From assembly GCA_007570915.1 (NCBI GenBank), contig RKSK01000076.1, positions 1 to 27,106 on the forward strand: DNA of 27,106 bases, written 5' to 3'. A model generated the notes under the pieces. It ran no database searches, was not told the origin of the DNA, and worked only from the letters and a program-made list of their open reading frames with translations. Source of the stretch: Cenarchaeum sp. (lineage in GTDB: Archaea; Thermoproteota; Nitrososphaeria; Nitrososphaerales; Nitrosopumilaceae). This document shows, piece after piece, positions 25,437-27,106 of the stretch; positions within the stretch are counted from its first letter, which is position 1; each line of letters starts with the position of its first letter. A program made the position numbers and the translations under genes.

Positions 25437-26468
25437 ATGGGCAAGACACGCGCGGCAGGGCCCCGCCAGGGCGGCTCCGGAAACACGCGGCGCGCCGACC
25501 TCGTCCTGCGCCGCCTTGTCGAGGAGTTTAGGAGCGGCAGGATCACCGAGACCATCAGCAAGGTGGACTTTTTGAGGGATCCGCGCGACAACCGCCCCTG
25601 CATGTCGTGGTCGCTCAAGAACCGCGTCCTGATGGTCGGCCAGGGAACGTTTGACGCGCGGAACGTGGCGCAGTGGAACAGGGTCAACCGAAGGGTCATC
25701 GCGCGCAGGTCCGCGATCTACATCATCAGGCCCCTCCACGCGTACTCGTGCGCGAGCTGCGCCAAGGGGGCCGCGCGCGGGGCGCGCCTGCGCTACGCAA
25801 GGTCGGCACGCCTCTTTGAGTGCCGGACGTGCGGCCTCTCCGTGGCGCCGAGCGCGATCCGCGGCGGATCAGACCCCGCCGTCCTGCGCCGGATCCGCGG
25901 GTTTGGGTGCCAGCCGGAGTTCCGCGTGGAGGACACGGTGGGCGACGCGCTCCCAGAGTACGCGCCGGCGAGGCCGCCGCCGCTCCACGGGGTGGCGAAA
26001 AAGTGGGGCATACATGTCAAGTACCAGGTCGACCCGAGCGGGTCGAGCCTCGGGAGCTACGAGGCGCGATCAAACACCATACACCTTGGGACCGAGAGCC
26101 CGTGGGTGTTCTTTCACGAGATAAGCCACGCGGCTGACAGCATGGTCCTTGCCCGCTCGGGGCGGGCGCTGAAGGGCGGCCAAGACCCCGTCCAGGAGGC
26201 AGTCGCGCAGCTCTCAGCATGCGTCCTCTCGGAGATGTACGGGATGGGATCCACGCGCGCGCACACGCGCGACTACCTGCGCGCACAGGCAAGGGGGACT
26301 GGCGAGCGCGAGCTTGTGCGCCTTGCGCTCGACGTGCTCGACAGGGTCGAGGGCGTGCTGGGCCTCATACTCTCCACCGCGCAGGGATCCGGCGCCGCCG
26401 CGGAGTCAGGCCAGGAGGACGGCCATCGCGGCGACGGCGCACGAGCCGGCAAAATAAGGGGCCATTAG
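25437..26468 (+). CDS. ArdC-like ssDNA-binding antirestriction protein with C-terminal zincin-like domain
   Basis: ArdC-N pattern P..SWSLKNRVLM..QG.FDAR...QW.RVNR.V......IYIIRP and F..QPEF.VEDT; C-terminal GSY....NTIHL...FFHEISH...EAVAQLSA (HExxH plus distal Glu). Confidence 0.72.
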   Translation: MGKTRAAGPRQGGSGNTRRADLVLRRLVEEFRSGRITETISKVDFLRDPRDNRPCMSWSLKNRVLMVGQGTFDARNVAQWNRVNRRVIARRSAIYIIRPLHAYSCASCAKGAARGARLRYARSARLFECRTCGLSVAPSAIRGGSDPAVLRRIRGFGCQPEFRVEDTVGDALPEYAPARPPPLHGVAKKWGIHVKYQVDPSGSSLGSYEARSNTIHLGTESPWVFFHEISHAADSMVLARSGRALKGGQDPVQEAVAQLSACVLSEMYGMGSTRAHTRDYLRAQARGTGERELVRLALDVLDRVEGVLGLILSTAQGSGAAAESGQEDGHRGDGARAGKIRGH

Positions 26469-27071
26469 GGGGATGGCGGATATGACATACGTGGTCTGCG
26501 CCGTGATGTCCCCAGAGTCCGGCGGGCCGGGAAGGAGGATCAGCCTCCTTCGCCCGCCGCGCGTCTCCTCGCCCGCAAAGCAAAACCTCTCGCCCTCCCT
26601 CCTCCGGCGCACCACGAGCAGCGCGGCCGCCTTGCGGACCGTCGGCTCGTCAACGTCGGGAAACACGCGCCCCGTGCGCGCAAGCTCGGCGAGGTTTGGC
26701 ACGACGGTGCGGGCAATGTGCGCCGCGCCCGCGGCCAGGGCGGCCACGAGCATGGCCACCGGAAGGGCGGGCACCCCGGCCGCGCTGGGCGCGAGCACGC
26801 CCGCCATGGCGATCATGGCCGCGTCCCCCCTGGCCACCAGGGAGCCGCGCAGCGCCGCGGCGCCCACGGCGCACGCGATGCCCATCCACGCCGCGTCGTG
26901 CGGGCGCGGCCATGCCGCCTGCGTGGCCCAGCTCGCGGCAAGGAACGCCGCGCACGCGCCCCCCATGGCGGCCAGCGCCCAGTGGGGGATCCCGCGCTCG
27001 CGCAAGTCATAGAGCGCCGCCACGCCCACCATGCTTGCGGCCAGGATCGGCCCCGCGACCGCGTCTAGCAA
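26406..27071 (-). CDS. A24-family prepilin/preflagellin peptidase (FlaK/PibD-like)
   Basis: Polytopic membrane protein; first catalytic Asp in AALYDLRERGIP, second in VARGDA (GxGD-like); C-terminal 'YVISAIPLMAPYF.G' segment typical of archaeal A24 peptidases; TTG start. Confidence 0.78.
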   Translation of the reverse strand: MLDAVAGPILAASMVGVAALYDLRERGIPHWALAAMGGACAAFLAASWATQAAWPRPHDAAWMGIACAVGAAALRGSLVARGDAAMIAMAGVLAPSAAGVPALPVAMLVAALAAGAAHIARTVVPNLAELARTGRVFPDVDEPTVRKAAALLVVRRRREGERFCFAGEETRGGRRRLILLPGPPDSGDITAQTTYVISAIPLMAPYFAGSCAVAAMAVLLA

Positions 27072-27106
27072 CCCTGGCCCCCCGCGGCGAACGCGAGCCT
27101 GGCGGC
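27065..27106 (-). CDS. Possible 3' end of an upstream minus-strand gene (partial)
   Basis: The frame from the window edge reads AARLAFAAGGQGC*, with its TAG overlapping the peptidase start region, as in the coupled genes elsewhere. Only 13 codons are visible. Confidence 0.3.
   Translation of the reverse strand, partial: AARLAFAAGGQGC

Noticed and set aside
1-27106. Integrated mobile element boundaries, tRNA/rRNA genes
   Set aside because: No integrase/transposase motifs, att-like repeats at locus edges, tRNA cloverleaf or rRNA-like sequence recognised; boundaries could lie outside the window.

Overview
GC-rich (about 70% by eye) archaeal DNA whose core genes (bud32, rdgB/HAM1, taw1, corA, Asp/Cys thrombospondin-type-3-like repeat proteins) and leaderless TATA promoters point to a Nitrosopumilaceae (Thaumarchaeota) genome. 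The high GC suggests a host/sponge-associated lineage (inference). The left half (1-14566) is one co-oriented secretion/pilus locus. It encodes a VirB11/TadA-family ATPase, a VirB4/TraC-like ATPase, two small pilin/FlaG-like proteins, a ~930-aa pilin-anchored adhesin with an internal low-GC segment, two large membrane-anchored surface proteins, and an exported protein ending in an apparently catalytically dead staphylococcal-nuclease (SNase) fold. The middle holds bud32-rdgB and a 5'-truncated taw1 that abuts, head to head and without a promoter, the first of three tandem TSP3-like repeat genes (24, 14 and 22 units) showing mosaicism and higher-order periodicity. The right end has corA, an ArdC-like ssDNA-binding/antirestriction gene with an inserted zinc ribbon, and an A24 prepilin peptidase. 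The best candidate for an undescribed system is a chromosomal pilus + VirB4 DNA exchange/uptake apparatus with a dead-nuclease DNA receptor and an ArdC protector. No integrase, relaxase, VirD4, tRNA, rRNA or CRISPR array is visible. All family calls come from motif recognition, not database searches.
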